Positions 36,940-50,168 of a stretch of 64,000 nucleotides of DNA are shown here, one piece after another. Below the pieces are notes generated by a model, which ran no database searches, was not told the origin of the DNA, and worked only from the letters and a program-made list of their open reading frames with translations. Origin of the DNA: Octopus sinensis. Its lineage: Eukaryota. A program made the translations under genes and the position numbers. Position 1 is the stretch's first letter. Every line of letters begins with the position of its first letter. The DNA lies in contig NC_043006.1 in the NCBI RefSeq assembly GCF_006345805.1, positions 89,280,001 through 89,344,000 of the forward strand, in the 5' to 3' direction.

Positions 36940-38400
36940 CATGAAGCAAAATAAGTTGTTGTGGAAGTACTATTACGAAAGGCTGTTGAATGTGGAGAAT
37001 TCTTGGGATAAACAAGGACTACTCCATTCTGTCCCAATAGAGGGACCAGCAGTCCAAGTTGACAGCAGCATGGTAGATAAAGTAATCAAGGATATGAAGA
37101 GGGGGAAAGCTGTGTGTTCATCAGGGATAGTTGCAGAGATGCTTAAAATATCTGGGGAAGTAGGATACAAAATTACCACTTAGGCTGTTAATCAAATGAT
37201 TTTGGAGGGTGTCATATCCAATGACTGGCATAACAGTATCATCATGAACTGCTATAAGGGCAAAAGTGATACCTTAGAGAGAAACCAAACTTCTAGACCA
37301 AGTTATGAAGGTCACAGAGAATGTTATTGCCCAGTTGATCCATAATGGAATGAAGATAGATGAGATGCAGTTTGGCTTTGTCTCTAGAAGAGGGACCATA
37401 TAAACAATCTTCCTAGTGAGGTAACTGCAGGAGAAATACCTGGCTGAGAATAAACTGCTATACCAGGCTTTCACTGATTTAAAGAAAACTGTGAATGCAC
37501 GACAGAGTGTAAACATCCTGAGAGAAAAGTTGGACATAAGAAGCATCAGATATGGTGTACAAGAGAGACAACTGCATTGGTATGGTCATGTGATGTATAT
37601 GGACAAGGACAGCTGTGTGAAGAAGTCTTGCACTCTAATGGTGGAGGGAACCTGTGGAAGGGGTAGACCCAGGGAGACATGGGACGAGGTGGTGAAGCCG
37701 ATCTTTGAATGTTGGGCTTCACAGAGGCAATGACGAACAACCAAGACCTTTGGAGATATGCCATGCTTCAGAAGACCCACCAAGCCAAGTGAGATCCTAG
37801 TTGTGGCTAATGCCAATGTCATCTTACTGGCACCCATGCTGGTGACACATAAAAAGCACTGTTTGTGCGTTGGGCCCCATGGAGGCAGTGATGTCAAGCT
37901 GAGTGAGATTGTAGTCATGGCTGATGCCAGTGTTGCATAACTGGCCCATTAAGAGCATCCTTCAACCATTGGGGGATATGCTGTGTTTGTGAAGACCTGT
38001 TGAACTGAGGGAAATTGTAGTTGTGCCAGTGCCATGCAACCAGCACCCGTGCTAGTGGTACATAAAAAGCATCATCTGAGTGTTGGGCATCTTGGAGGAG
38101 GCAGTGACAGGTGACCAAGACCCTTGGCAATATACCGTGCTTGAGTAGACCTGTCAAGCCAAGTGACACTGTAGTCGTGGCCGATGCTGGTGTCAGGTGA
38201 ATGGCACCCATGTCTGTGGCACGAAAAAAGCACCTACTACACTTTTGGAGTGTTTGGCATTAGGAAGAGCATCCACCTATAGAAACCTTGCCAAATCAGA
38301 CTGGAACCTGGTGCAACTCCCTCGTTTACCAGTTTTCAGTCAAACTATCCAACCCATGCTAGCATGAAAAGCAAATGTTAAACGATGATGATGATGATTT
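36940..38400 (+). mobile_element. RTE LINE with internal RT deletion and complete 3' tail
   Basis: YYERLLNVENSWD...MKRGKA...MQFGF, then a jump near 37490 to LHWYGHV...GRGRPRETW. It ends in the 3' UTR and (GAT)n. Confidence 0.88.
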
Positions 38401-38439
38401 GACAGGCTGCCATGTTCAGTAATTTGATAAGATTTGATG

Positions 38440-39480
38440 GGCTTTGAGGTAAATAGATGTAGATGAATGGCTTGTGCAGGAGGTTCAAGCTATATACAAG
38501 GATGTTGCAAGTGAAAGTTGGCAACAATCTCAGTGATAAATTTAATGGGATTCCATAAAGGGAAGAGTCCATCGAGGTCCAGTCCTCGATGTTCTCCTAT
38601 TCATGAAGTCCTCCAAGCCATCACTAAAGAATATAAGACTGCCTGTCCATGGGGACTCCTACATGCCTTATACCTGAATCTATAGGGGAATTAGCGAAGA
38701 AATTTGGGGCATGGAAGCTAACTAAAGCTGGAATCAAGGTGTCTTAAGATTAATGTGGCAAAGACTAAGGTTTTTGTAAGTAGGAAAGACAACAGGACTC
38801 TGATAACTTCAGGGAAATAGCCTTGCTCAACATGTATAAAAGGGGGTAGGTATAAACTCCATACAATGTACTTAATGGCAGACTACCCAAAAATGTAAGC
38901 TTCATATGCAGTAGACACACTGGAATGATACATATGAGCACACTTGAAAATGAGTCACTTAAATATGCCCAGATGGCTCCTTAGAACTAGTTGGTAGGTT
39001 TTGTTATCTAAGAGATGTAATCAGCAAGGAGTTCAAAGAACTGTTGACAACAAAGATATCTTCCCAAAGAGTGAATGGCAGATTGTGTGATGCTTTTGTT
39101 AGAACCACGATGCTGCATTGTAGTGAGACAAGGCCCTCCTCGAATGCAGGAGACTAACGAAGATTGGAAAGAAGCAAACATACTCTGTTGGTTATGTAAT
39201 GTAAGTGTGCATGAAAGAATTGGTACAAACACACTGAGTGGAAAAAAAGGGGGTTTAAGCGGAATCCTATGTTGTGTTCAAGAAAGATAGCTGCAGTAGT
39301 ATGAACAGGTGACACATGTAAATGAGTAAAGCTGTATAAAGAAGTATTGTTTGCTTAATGTGGCTGATGTCTGTGGAAGAGGAAGACCCAGGGAGACATG
39401 GTATGGAGTAGTAAAAGCCGACTTCAGGACAGATGAGATAACAAAAGAGAGGGACTTCTGGTGATATGAAGTTCTCAAAA
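38440..39480 (+). mobile_element. RTE LINE RT/C-terminal fragment
   Basis: VDEWLVQEVQAIY..., KINVAKTKV, LCWLCNVSVH and GRGRPRETW. Confidence 0.7.
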
Positions 39481-40795
39481 GAACATGTCCTCCTCTGCAA
39501 CATTGAGTTCTGGAAGTGCTATACTAGGAAGCAGGTGAGAGTTGGTGGTATAAAGGCCAACTAGCCTTTAAATTGACAAATTTTATCTAACCCATGAATG
39601 CATGAAATAGGAAACATTAAAAATGATGATGATGATGATGAAAATAATGACGTTGATATATATATTTGATGCCCACCTTTTCATGCTGGCAATAAGTATA
39701 GATATATATATATATGTGCATGTGTGTGTATGTACGAAGCTATAAGCACATATCTTTATGGTTACAGAGAGGCAGAAATGGTTGAGTGTTATAAGTTTAC
39801 GTGACAATCATGAGGTCCAAGGCACGATCCTACTGTGTAATATCTTGGCTGAATGGGTTGGACAGTTTGACAGGAGCTGGCCAGGTTGGAGGCTGCACCA
39901 TACTTCGGTGTCTGTTTTGGCATGGTTTTTACAGATGAATGCCCTTCCTAATGCCAACCACCTTATGGTTTGGACTAGATGCTTTTTAATTGGCACCAGC
40001 ACTGGCAAGGTCACCTGGTAACAAGGAATCTTTGAGAGGGGAGGGGGATTTAAAGGAGGTGATCTTGTGTCAGATGATGAATGGTTAGAGTGTGGTAGTG
40101 AAACAGAAACAGGTGTCTAGCTGTAGAGAAGATACATGGTTACTCGGTCAGAGAGAGAGAGAGGGAGAGAAAAAAGAGAGAGAGTTAATGATAAAGATGG
40201 CAGGAACAGGTGTGCTGCTGTAAAGGAGATAAGATGGTCATCATTACAATTGTTTCAACCCATCTGGCATCGACCCCTCATGGGTGGGATGTTTAACGAT
40301 TGGTTCAGGAGCATCCGACAGTGCAGATGTGTCACTTGAAGCGATAAATAGATATATCCCATTAAAATAACAGTTCCACAATGTATCTTCTCAGTTCATG
40401 TAACAAAAAGCAAGAAAGTAATGGATGTTGCTTTATTTATAATATAGAAGATCAACAATAAAATAACAGATGCAAAAATGAAACGAATACAACGTAAAAA
40501 TATATATGTATGTATATATATAAATGCATATACATATATATAGCGAGAGACACATACACGCACACACATATGTTTATATATCCAACCATATGGTTCTGGC
40601 TTCAGTGCTACAGCATGATACCATGATCTATTATAGCCTTGGGCAGACCAAAACCTTGTGAGTGAATTTGGAAGATGGAAACTGAAAGAATCCTGTTTGT
40701 GTGTGTGCTAGCATGAAAGGTGGATGTTAAACAATGGTGACGAGGACGATGATGATATATACATATATATACATACATATATATATGTATATATA

Positions 40796-40832
<37 letters not shown>

Positions 40833-40835
<3 letters not shown>

Positions 40836-40980
40836 TCATCATCATCATCATCATTTAGTGTCCGCTTTCCATGCTAGCATGGGTTGGACGGTTCAACTGG
40901 GGACTGTGAAGCCGGAAGACTGCATCAGGCCCAGTCTGATCTGGCAGTGTTTCTACGGCTGGATGCCCTTCCTAACGCCA
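40833..40980 (-). mobile_element. RTE-derived 3' tail
   Basis: (CAT)n followed by ttagtgtccgctttccatgctagcatgggttggacgg...ggatgcccttcctaacgcca. Confidence 0.85.
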
Positions 40981-41014
<34 letters not shown>

Positions 41015-41019
<5 letters not shown>

Positions 41020-41150
41020 TATAGCCAGCTAGAGGAGATGTTCTCCTGGGGCTACAAGCTACAGTAACATCCACCCTTACTGGTTAGCCATATTGAGATG
41101 GCAAATATACCTCACATTGTCTATACCTCGTTCAGAGATTTATTATTGCT
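41015..41150 (+). repeat. Solo half-copy of the 32368-32732 foldback element
   Basis: gccagct..ctcctggggcta.aagc.acagtaaca...ctcgttcagagatttatta aligns to the reverse complement of 32368-32512. Confidence 0.7.
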
Positions 41151-41177
41151 TATATATATATATATATATATATAGAT

Positions 41178-41345
41178 GTAGGAGTGGCTGTGTGGTAAGT
41201 AGCTTGCTTACCAACCACATGGTCCTGGGTTCAGTCCCACTGCGTGGCACCTTGGGCAAGTGTCTTCTACTATAGCCTTGGGCCGACCAAAGCCTTGTGA
41301 GTGGATTTGGTAGACGGAAACTGAAAGAAGCCCGTCGTATATATG

Positions 41346-41388
<43 letters not shown>

Positions 41389-41585
41389 TTGTCCTCCCAA
41401 CATCGCTTGACAACCGATGCTGGTGTGTTTACGTCCTCGCAACTTAGCGGTTCGGCAAAAGAGATTGATAGAATAAGTACTAGGCTTCCAAAGAATAAGT
41501 CCTGGGGTCGATTTGCTCGACTAAAGGCGGTGCTCCAGCATGGCCACAGTCAAATGACTGAAACAAGTAAAAAGAGTAAAAAGAA
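41178..41585 (+). mobile_element. Full-length tRNA-derived SINE with internal microsatellite
   Basis: Head gtggctgtgtggtaag...gggttcagtccc (A/B boxes), ggcaccttgggcaagtgtcttctac, internal (TA)/(TG)n, and tail ccagcatggccacagtcaaatgactgaaacaagtaaaaag. Confidence 0.88.
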
Positions 41586-42847
41586 GAATATATATATATG
41601 CATATGCATGTGTATCTTTGTTCTCAACCCCACTTGACAACTGGTGTTGGCATTTTTACATCCTCATAACTTAGCAGTTCAGTAAAAGAGACCGATAAAA
41701 TAAGTACCAGGCTAAAAAAAACGATAAGTACTAGTTGATAGATTTGACTAAAATTTTTTCTAAAAAATTTCCATTTGACTAAAAATGGCTGCAGTCTAAT
41801 GACTGAAACATGTGAAACATAAGATATTCACATTATGGGCTTCTTTCAGTTCATGTCAAACAAATTCACTCTCAAGGTGCTGGTTGGCCAGGGGCTATAG
41901 TAGAAAACCCTCGCCCAAGTTGCTGTACAATGTGGTTGGGAAGCAAACTTCTTAGCATACAGCCACTCCTGCATTCAAATTCTGATGAAAGAAATTTATA
42001 TATGTTTGAATGAGGCAGCTGATCATATGTAGACATCTACAAGAGAGATTGTATCGTTGAGAGGGAAACAGTAAAATTTAAGTGATGTTAATGAAAAGTA
42101 GCAACAGGCAGTTTACAAACTGGAATAAATTACTTTCTTATGAGGAAGGCAAGAAGTCTTATGTTTCTCGCAGAATCTTACTTTGGAAAAAAGATGAAAT
42201 ATTTTTTATCTGTTGTGAGTTTAGTGTCTTCGTAAAAAAGACAATATGAGAATACAAATTGGTAATTTCTCAACTAGTTTTCTGGTACTACATGAGACTG
42301 TTTTAAGATCACAAAATGTAGGAAAGACATAAAATTTGGGAAAATGAAAAAGTTCTGAACCATAAAAAAAAAATAATTTAAAAATAATTGGACTTCAATG
42401 CAGAATATTATTTTGAAATTTTATTTCTTGTTACTTTTATTCTTTCTTTAAAAAAAAAACTCAGTTTTTTATAATCATAATTCAATAAAATAATTTTTTT
42501 TTGTTTTTGTTTATATGATGGTAACAATTGCATTAGGCTTTCTACATATGGCCATTAAAGTGAAAGACCAGATGACGCTCCTGGGATGTTGTCGCTGTAT
42601 TTTATTGAATATTCAAACGGCTTCTCGATTACAACTTAAGCATAATGAATATCATTTCTAAATAATGCAAAAAAAATCTCCATAATTGAAAATAATGGAA
42701 AATCTGCATAATTATATTTGAAAAGCCCAGCTATTCTACTAACTTACATTATCAGTTTTCAATAGAATAACTCCAAGGCAATGGTAATTAATTTGTAGAC
42801 ATTTAATTGATATTCTGCATATACATACATATGTATGTGTCTGTGAA

Positions 42848-43610
42848 TCATCATCATCATCATCATTTAACGTCCGCTTTCCATGCTAGCATGGGTTGGA
42901 CGGTTCAACTGGGGTCTGGGGAGCCCGAAGGCTGCACCAAGCCAGTCAGATCTGGCAGTGTTTCTACAGCTGGATGCCCTTCCTAACGCCAACCACTCCG
43001 AGAGTGTAGTGGGTGATTTTATGTGCCACCGACACAGGTGCCAGACGAGGCTGGCAGACGGCCACGCTCGGATGGTGTTTTTTATGTGCCACCGATACAG
43101 GTGCCAGATGAGGCTGGCGAATGGCCACGATTGGATGGTGTTTGTTACGTACCCACAGCCAGTCGATGCGGTACTGGCTATGCCCACGTTCAGATGGTTT
43201 TCTTGTGTGCCACCGGCACTGGTACCACAAAGATACAAATTCCATTGATGTTCATCTATTTTGATTTGTTTTGATTTTTACTTGCCTCAACAGGTCTTCA
43301 CAAGTGTCACAAGAAGGAAGGTATGCACAGGTGGACTGACTACGTCCCAGGTAGGGGCCACGGGTTATGGCCTGACTAGTCTTGCTGGGTCTTCGGATGG
43401 TGTTTTTATGTGCCACCGACACAGGTGCCAGATGAGGCTGGCGAAAGGCCACGATCGGATGGTGTTTGTTACGTGCCCATAGCACGGAGGCCAGTCGATG
43501 CGGTACTGGCTACGGCCACGTTCGGATGGTTTTCTTGTGTGCCACCGGCACTGGTACCACAAAGATACAAATTCCATTGATGTTTATCTATTTTAATTTG
43601 TTTTGATTTA
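42848..43610 (-). mobile_element. RTE LINE 3' UTR with an internal ~205-bp direct duplication
   Basis: (CAT)n tail at 42848. Segment 43070-43277 is repeated at 43395-43609. Confidence 0.85.
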
Positions 43611-43644
43611 AAATTGAATAAGGGTAGAAATATATATATATATA

Positions 43645-46600
43645 CATCTTTTTTCTCTTCTCTTTCCTCTGATTCTTTGGTCTAATCTTCCACTACCCTC
43701 CTATTTCTTTGTCTCGCTCTGCACTCACAGGTCGCTCTTCGACACCCATCCCTTCTCCTCTCTGATTCCTTCTTTCTCTCTCTTCTCTCTCTTTGTTGCG
43801 TTTGTCCCTCCTCTCTCTCTCTCTTCCGTTGCTTCTCTTTCTTTTCTTTTCTCTCTTCTCTGTCACGTGACTGCTGGCCGAAATCTGCCTTTCAGCTTCT
43901 GACCAGCGTCGTGTTAACATCGTTGTTTTTCGTCCGCCGCTATAGGCATCGCCGATAAGGCTCCTTTCCTTGCGCTAGAGAAAAAATTTGTTTGCTTGTT
44001 ATCAGTCGTAAGACACTTGTTGTTGTTTTCACCGTTAATGCTTCTGTATTTCATGTTTCTGTATTCCATTATTTTTTTGTTTTTTTATATTCGTCCCTTT
44101 TGCTGTCCTGGTGTCCGTATGCATTCGATCCTTCTTCCAAGAAATCTACGCTCCCAGCTTAGTTTTTCTAATGCTCGTTGCTTAGTTTTTCTTGGAGGGC
44201 TGGCCGTGATCTAGTAATCTCAAGATTAATCAGCCGAAATTACTACGATGATCCGGTTCTTGGCTGAAGACTGAGGGTTTCGAATGTCCTGTCCGTGTTT
44301 ATTGTATCGTCTTCTTGAGTTATACGTTCTTGTCCATGTTGTATTTTTCTACATACCTTAACATATATTCCAGGCGCCACGTACCCTCTTAACATTAATG
44401 TGAGCACATATTCTTAATAACTGGTACGACTCTTTGTTTGTCTCTCTCTCTCTCTCACTTTTACTTGATCTGTCCCCTTCCCTCTCTACTCATCCTCTTT
44501 TTCTCTTCTCTTTCTTCTGATTCTTTGGTCTAATCTTCCACTACACTCCTATTTCTTTGTCTCGCTCTGTACTCACAGGTCGCTCTTCGACACCCATCCC
44601 TTCTCCTCTCTGATTCCTTCTTTCTCTCTCTTCTCTCTCTTTGTTGCGTTTGTCCCTCCTCTCTCTCTCTCTTCCGTTGCTTCTCTTTCTTTTCTTTTCT
44701 CTCTTCTCTGTCACGTGACTGCTGGCCGAAATCTGCATTTCAGCTTCTGACCAGCGTCGTGTTAACATCGTTGTTTTTCATCCGCTGCTATAGGCATCGC
44801 CGATAAGGCTCCTTTCCTTACGCTAGAGAAAAAATTTGTTTGCTTGTTATCAGTCGTAAGACACTTGTTGTTGTTTTCACCGTTAATGCTTCTGTATTTC
44901 ATGTTTCTGTATTCCATTATTTTTTTGTTTTTTTATATTCGTCCCTTTTGCTGTCCTGGTGTCCGTATGCATTCGATCCTTCTTCCAAGAAATCTACGCT
45001 CCCAGCTTAGTTTTTCTAATGCTCGTTGCTTAGTTTTTCTTGGAGGGCTGGCCGTGATCTAGTAATCTCAAGATTAATCAGCCGAAATTACTACGATGAT
45101 CCGGTTCTTGGCTGAAGACTGAGGGTTCGAATGTCCTGTCCGTGTTTATTGTATCGTCTTCTTGAGTTATACGTTCTTGTCCATGTTGTATTTTTCTACA
45201 TACCTTAACATATATTCCAGGCGCCACGTACCCTCTTAACATTAATGTGAGCACATATTCTTAATAACTGGTACGACTCTTTGTTTGTCTCTCTCTCTCT
45301 CTCACTTTTACTTGATCTGTCCCCTTCTCTCTCTACTCATCCTCTTTTTCTCTTCTCTTTCTTCTGATTCTTTGGTCTAATCTTCCACTACCCTCCTATT
45401 TCTTTGTCTCGCTCTGTACTCACAGGTCGCTCTTCGACACCCATCCCTTCTCCTCTCTGATTCCTTCTTTCTCTCTCTTCTCTCTCTTTGTTGCGTTTGT
45501 CCCTCCTCTCTCTCTCTCTTCCGTTGCTTCTCTTTCTTTTCTTTTCTCTTCTCTTTCTTTTCTTTTCTCTCTTCTCTGTCACGTGACTGCTGGCCGAAAT
45601 CTGCCTTTCAGCTTCTGACCAGCGTCGTGTTAACATCGTTGTTTTTCGTCCGCCGCTATAGGCATCGCCGATAAGGCTCCTTTCCTTGCGCTAGAGAAAA
45701 AATTTGTTTGCTTGTTATCAGTCGTAAGACACTTGTTGTTGTTTTCACCGTTAATGCTTCTGTATTTCATGTTTCTGTATTCCATTATTTTTTTGTTTTT
45801 TTATATTCGTCCCTTTTGCTGTCCTGGTGTCCGTATGCATTCGATCCTTCTTCCAGGAAATCTACGCTCCCAGCTTAGTTTTTCTAATGCTCGTTGCTTA
45901 GTTTTTTTGGAGGGCTGGCCGTGATCTAGTAATCTCAAGATTAATCAGCCGAAATTACTACGATGATCCGGTTCTTGGCTGAAGACTGAGGGTTTCGAAT
46001 GTCCTGTCCGTGTTTATTGTATCGTCTTCTTGAGTTATACGTTCTATTCCATGTTGTATTTTTCTACATACCTTAACATATATTCCAGGCGCCACGTACC
46101 CTCTTAACATTAATGTGAGCACATATTCTTAATAACTGGTACGACTCTTTGTTTGTCTCTCTCTCTCTCTCACTTTTACTTGATCTGTCCCCTTCTCTCT
46201 CTACTCATCCTCTTTTTCTCTTCTCTTTCTTCTGATTCTTTGGTCTAATCTTCCACTACCCTCCTATTTCTTTGTCTCGCTCTGCACTCACAGGTCGCTC
46301 TTCGACACCCATCCCTTCTCCTCTCTGATTCCTTCTTTCTCTCTCTTCTCTCTCTTTGTTGCGTTTGTCCCTCCTCTCTCTCTCTCTTCCGTTGCTTCTC
46401 TTTCTTTTCTTTTCTCTCTTCTCTGTCACGTGACTGCTGGCCGAAATCTGCCTTTCAGCTTCTGACCAGCGTTGTGTTAACATCGTTGTTTTTCGTCCGC
46501 CGCTATAGCATCGCCGATAAGGCTCCTTTCCTTGCGCTAGAGAAAAAATTTGTTTGCTTGTTATCAGTCGTAAGACACTTGTTGTTGTTTTCACCGTTAA

Positions 46601-46919
46601 TGCTTCTGTATTTCATGTTTCTGTATTCCATTATTTTTTTGTTTTTTTATATTCGTCCCTTTTGCTGTCCTGGTGTCCGTATGCATTCGATCCTTCTTCC
46701 AGGAAATCTACGCTCCCAGCTTAGTTTTTCTAATGCTCGTTGCTTAGTTTTTCTTGGAGGGCTGGCCGTGATCTAGTAATCTCAAGATTAATCAGCCGAA
46801 ATTACTACGATGATCCGGTTCTTGACTGAAGACTGAGGGTTTCGAATGTCCTGTCCGTGTTTATTGTATCGTCTTCTTGAGTTATACGTTCTTGTCCATG
46901 TTGTATTTTTCTACATACC

Positions 46920-46923
<4 letters not shown>
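43645..46923. repeat. Tandem array of about 3.85 units of ~850 bp
   Basis: The anchor ctgattctttggtctaatcttccactac occurs at 43669, 44517, 45364 and 46232 (periods 848, 847, 868). Units are nearly identical and the array is flanked by (TA)n. Confidence 0.97.
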
Positions 46924-46985
<62 letters not shown>

Positions 46986-46992
46986 ATGGTAG

Positions 46993-47030
<38 letters not shown>

Positions 47031-48338
47031 GTGAAAATAAAATAATCCCATAATTGTCACATCATTAAAAATAAATAAACTGTTATTCCTGTACCTGCCA
47101 GTATTACAGAGCATCTTAAAGTCAACTCAGAAGCTAGGACATAGTCTGTCAACTTGCTAGAAATAATAGCTAAATATCCTCAAATCAAGTGCTACCCACA
47201 TAAACAAAATGGAAGAAAGGACTAGTAGTCTTGGATATCCTTACCTTTAAAAATCAAGAAGAGGTGATGAGGGATTGATCATAAGTTTGCTTAATCAGGT
47301 CAAGCTTGCAGATAAACAAAAATACAGTCTCTTCAATTAACTGGTAAAAAGCAGAAAATTTGCAGTAAATGGATATACTCAATGTTTCCTCTAATTCTTT
47401 AGCTGCAGATGTGTGCAGAATTTACTTGTAAGTCAATTTAGTTTTTCTTTGCAAAGTGAATAACCATTGCATAACCTGGATGTGAATAACCATTGCTCTG
47501 ATGCCATATTGCTCACCAAGGCAAATGCTCACCACTTGAAGTGCATCCAGATTTTATTATGTACTTGAAATACTTTTTAAATTTGAAACAATTACAGTAT
47601 GGATGACATTAAGTTAGTCATTCAGAAATACATAAAAACCATAAACGTCACTTTATCAAAGAACTAGCAAAGTAAGTACATCTCAATAATTTCTAAATTT
47701 GATTTTTCATAAACAAGACAAATCATTATGCATATATTTTAATGTTATTGTTTTTTTATTTGTTTTGCTTTGGTTGGTTTTATGTGCACACATTTTTCCC
47801 CCTTTGCATGTCCAATCCTTTGTACCACTTATATTCGCCTCCCTCTAACTTGATGGTATGCCCTGGCACATATTTACCCTTATTTTCTCTCCCTCTGCCA
47901 CAGTTTTACCACAATTATCTAGTACAAAGCAACCTCCCTCAATATTACTACCCTTTCGTTTTAAGAATCTAGTCTTGCAAGTTACTTGGTGACCTCATTG
48001 GTGCTGGTGCCATGTAAAAAGCACCCAGTACACTCTCTTAAGTGGTTGGCATTAGGAAAGTCATCCAGCTATTAAAACCATGCTAAAACAGACTGTAGAG
48101 CTTGGCACTGTTCTCTGGCAGTTCCTGACAAACCATCCAACTCATGCCAACATGGAAAGTAGATGTTAAATAATGAGATGATGATGCGTGCTAGGTAACA
48201 TGCATCAAACAGATCAGGAGCATAAGAAGCTGGATCTAGTGGTGGAGGACAAGTGTACCACATGCACTATATAATTGATGTTGTGTGGCTCTTTGATACA
48301 CAAATAGTCAAGAAGGAAGGCAAAAAAATAGATATATA

Positions 48339-48620
48339 CATCATCATCATCGTTTAACGTCTGCTTTCCATGCTAGCATGGGTTGGACGATTTGAATGAG
48401 GTCTGGTGAACAAGATGGCTGCACCAGACTCCAATCTGATCTGGCAGAGTTTCTACAGCTGGATGCCCTTCCTAACGCCAACCACTCCGAGAGTGTAGTG
48501 GGTGCTTTTACATGCCACTGGCACAAGAGCCAGTCAGGCAGTACTGGCAACGGTCATGCTCAAATGGTGCTTTTTATGTGCCACCTTGCACAGGAGCCAG
48601 TCCAGCATCACTGGAAATGA
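48339..48620 (-). mobile_element. RTE-derived 3' tail
   Basis: (CAT)n followed by cgtttaacgtctgctttccatgctagc...gatgcccttcctaacgccaaccactccgagagtgtagtggg. Confidence 0.85.
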
Positions 48621-49889
48621 CCTCATCCTCTTAAATACAAAATAACTTGGCTATGGAAAATGAAGAAGGCAAAGATAAAGCCAATTGCTGTTGGATCCAT
48701 GGGGACAGTATCAGAAGGCCTCAAAAGGAATATAAAGGAAAACAGAATAGAATGCCTCCAGTAGAACTGTTACAAAAGGTTTGTCTCCTTGGCGTAGCCA
48801 GAATAATCAAGAAATTATCAGTTGACAAGAACAGATAGCAGGGAACTGTAGGCTGCAGGCAGCCAGCTGCTACAAGTCTTGTATGTAAACCTGAGTTAAA
48901 AAGAAAAATGATAATAATGCCATGATGCATAATATCAGGCATTGACCCTCATGGATTCTGATCTTAACTAATTGGAAGTGTTATGTGCATGTTTTGTCTT
49001 GGTCCAAAATATGGGCTACAATCAATATTCTGCTCAATACCACAGATTTGCTCATCAGTTGCTTGACCATAAGCATTTGAGTATGCCCCTTAGTGGCTGA
49101 TCATATATGCATCTCTGATCACGAGCAGGAGTAGTAGGAGAGCATCATAGCCATATGTTGAGAAGAATTTTAGGGGACTTGAAAAATTCACCTATGGACA
49201 CATGAGTGTTTTGTTCATCATCCTTAAATTTTATTCAGGGACCTTTTGAGTGGAACAGGCTACTTGACCTGAAGAAAATTTTAACTGGGCCCCACCTGTA
49301 AGGTCATGCACTGTTTATCTTGATATAAGGTCACATGTTATACACATATGATTGTGATACATGTGCTTGTGTACCCTTATCAGGGTAGTCATGATGGATG
49401 TATTGGGTTTTGTATATTTGTGGTCCTATGTCACTTTGATGGTATGCATTGTTCTCTCACTCAATAATCTTACTATAATGGGCATTATGTCCAGCTGTCT
49501 GTATCTGTCTGTTCCCTCTTCACAGCCAGGTTGGACCAAAGGTTACAATATTTTTTTGGATTACAAAGACAGTTGTCAGGAAGGTTTTTAGCATTAAAAG
49601 TCATAAAGTCAGAAAGTATGATTATTTCATGGATACTGATTTTTGAATTGATAAACCACCTTCGCATTTTTATTAAAAATTCACCAACCACAAGTAACTC
49701 TGGATTTTCCTCATATAGTTCATGGCCCCATTGTAGATACGAAGGGGGTCATGAGGATGGTTAATAGTGAAAATAAAATGGAAAAAGTGTGTGTCAGTAT
49801 ATAGTGTGTATGTGATTATGTAGTGGTTATTGAAGTGTATCAGTTGCAAGCAGGATTCAAAATGACTAATCGAAGCAGTTTACATTTCA

Positions 49890-50168
49890 GTTTTGTCAAT
49901 CCATGGTACCCATGGTACCAGAACATCCAGACATTATTCGCATAGAACAGTAAGAGGTAGGTATTGGTTTGATTTTTTGCAACCCTAAAGATTCCACTCA
50001 CACATCCACAGCAAAGAAGGTATAGAGCCAGGCTTTAGGTGTATTTTTACACACTCAGATGTTCACACATGGCCAGTTATACGTCTCTATGAGTAGAGCA
50101 ATGGATTCCAGTAACTGAAAATTATTGTTGGCCAAACAGAAAATATTGTCTACAGAGAAGTTTTGTAA
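49890..50168 (+). pseudogene. Helitron/PIF1-type helicase C-terminal remnant
   Basis: VFLHTQMFTHGQLYVSMSRA (FTHGQLYVALSR motif), then frameshifted TENIVYREV. Confidence 0.7.

Noticed and set aside
41178-41250. tRNA-like sequences with A/B boxes (also at 9460-9533, 31144-31215, 54232-54300)
   Set aside because: They lack a complete cloverleaf and continue into shared repeat bodies, so they are SINE heads rather than tRNA genes.
44185-44290. Possible hammerhead in the array unit (ggctg...cagccGAAA and a later CTGAAGA)
   Set aside because: No permutation gives CUGANGA, stem I and stem III together. It remains only a structured segment.
43693-46776. Repeated R/E-rich and hydrophobic ORFs in the tandem array
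   Set aside because: They are driven by CT/GA low-complexity tracts, have non-ATG or arbitrary starts, and show no domain similarity.
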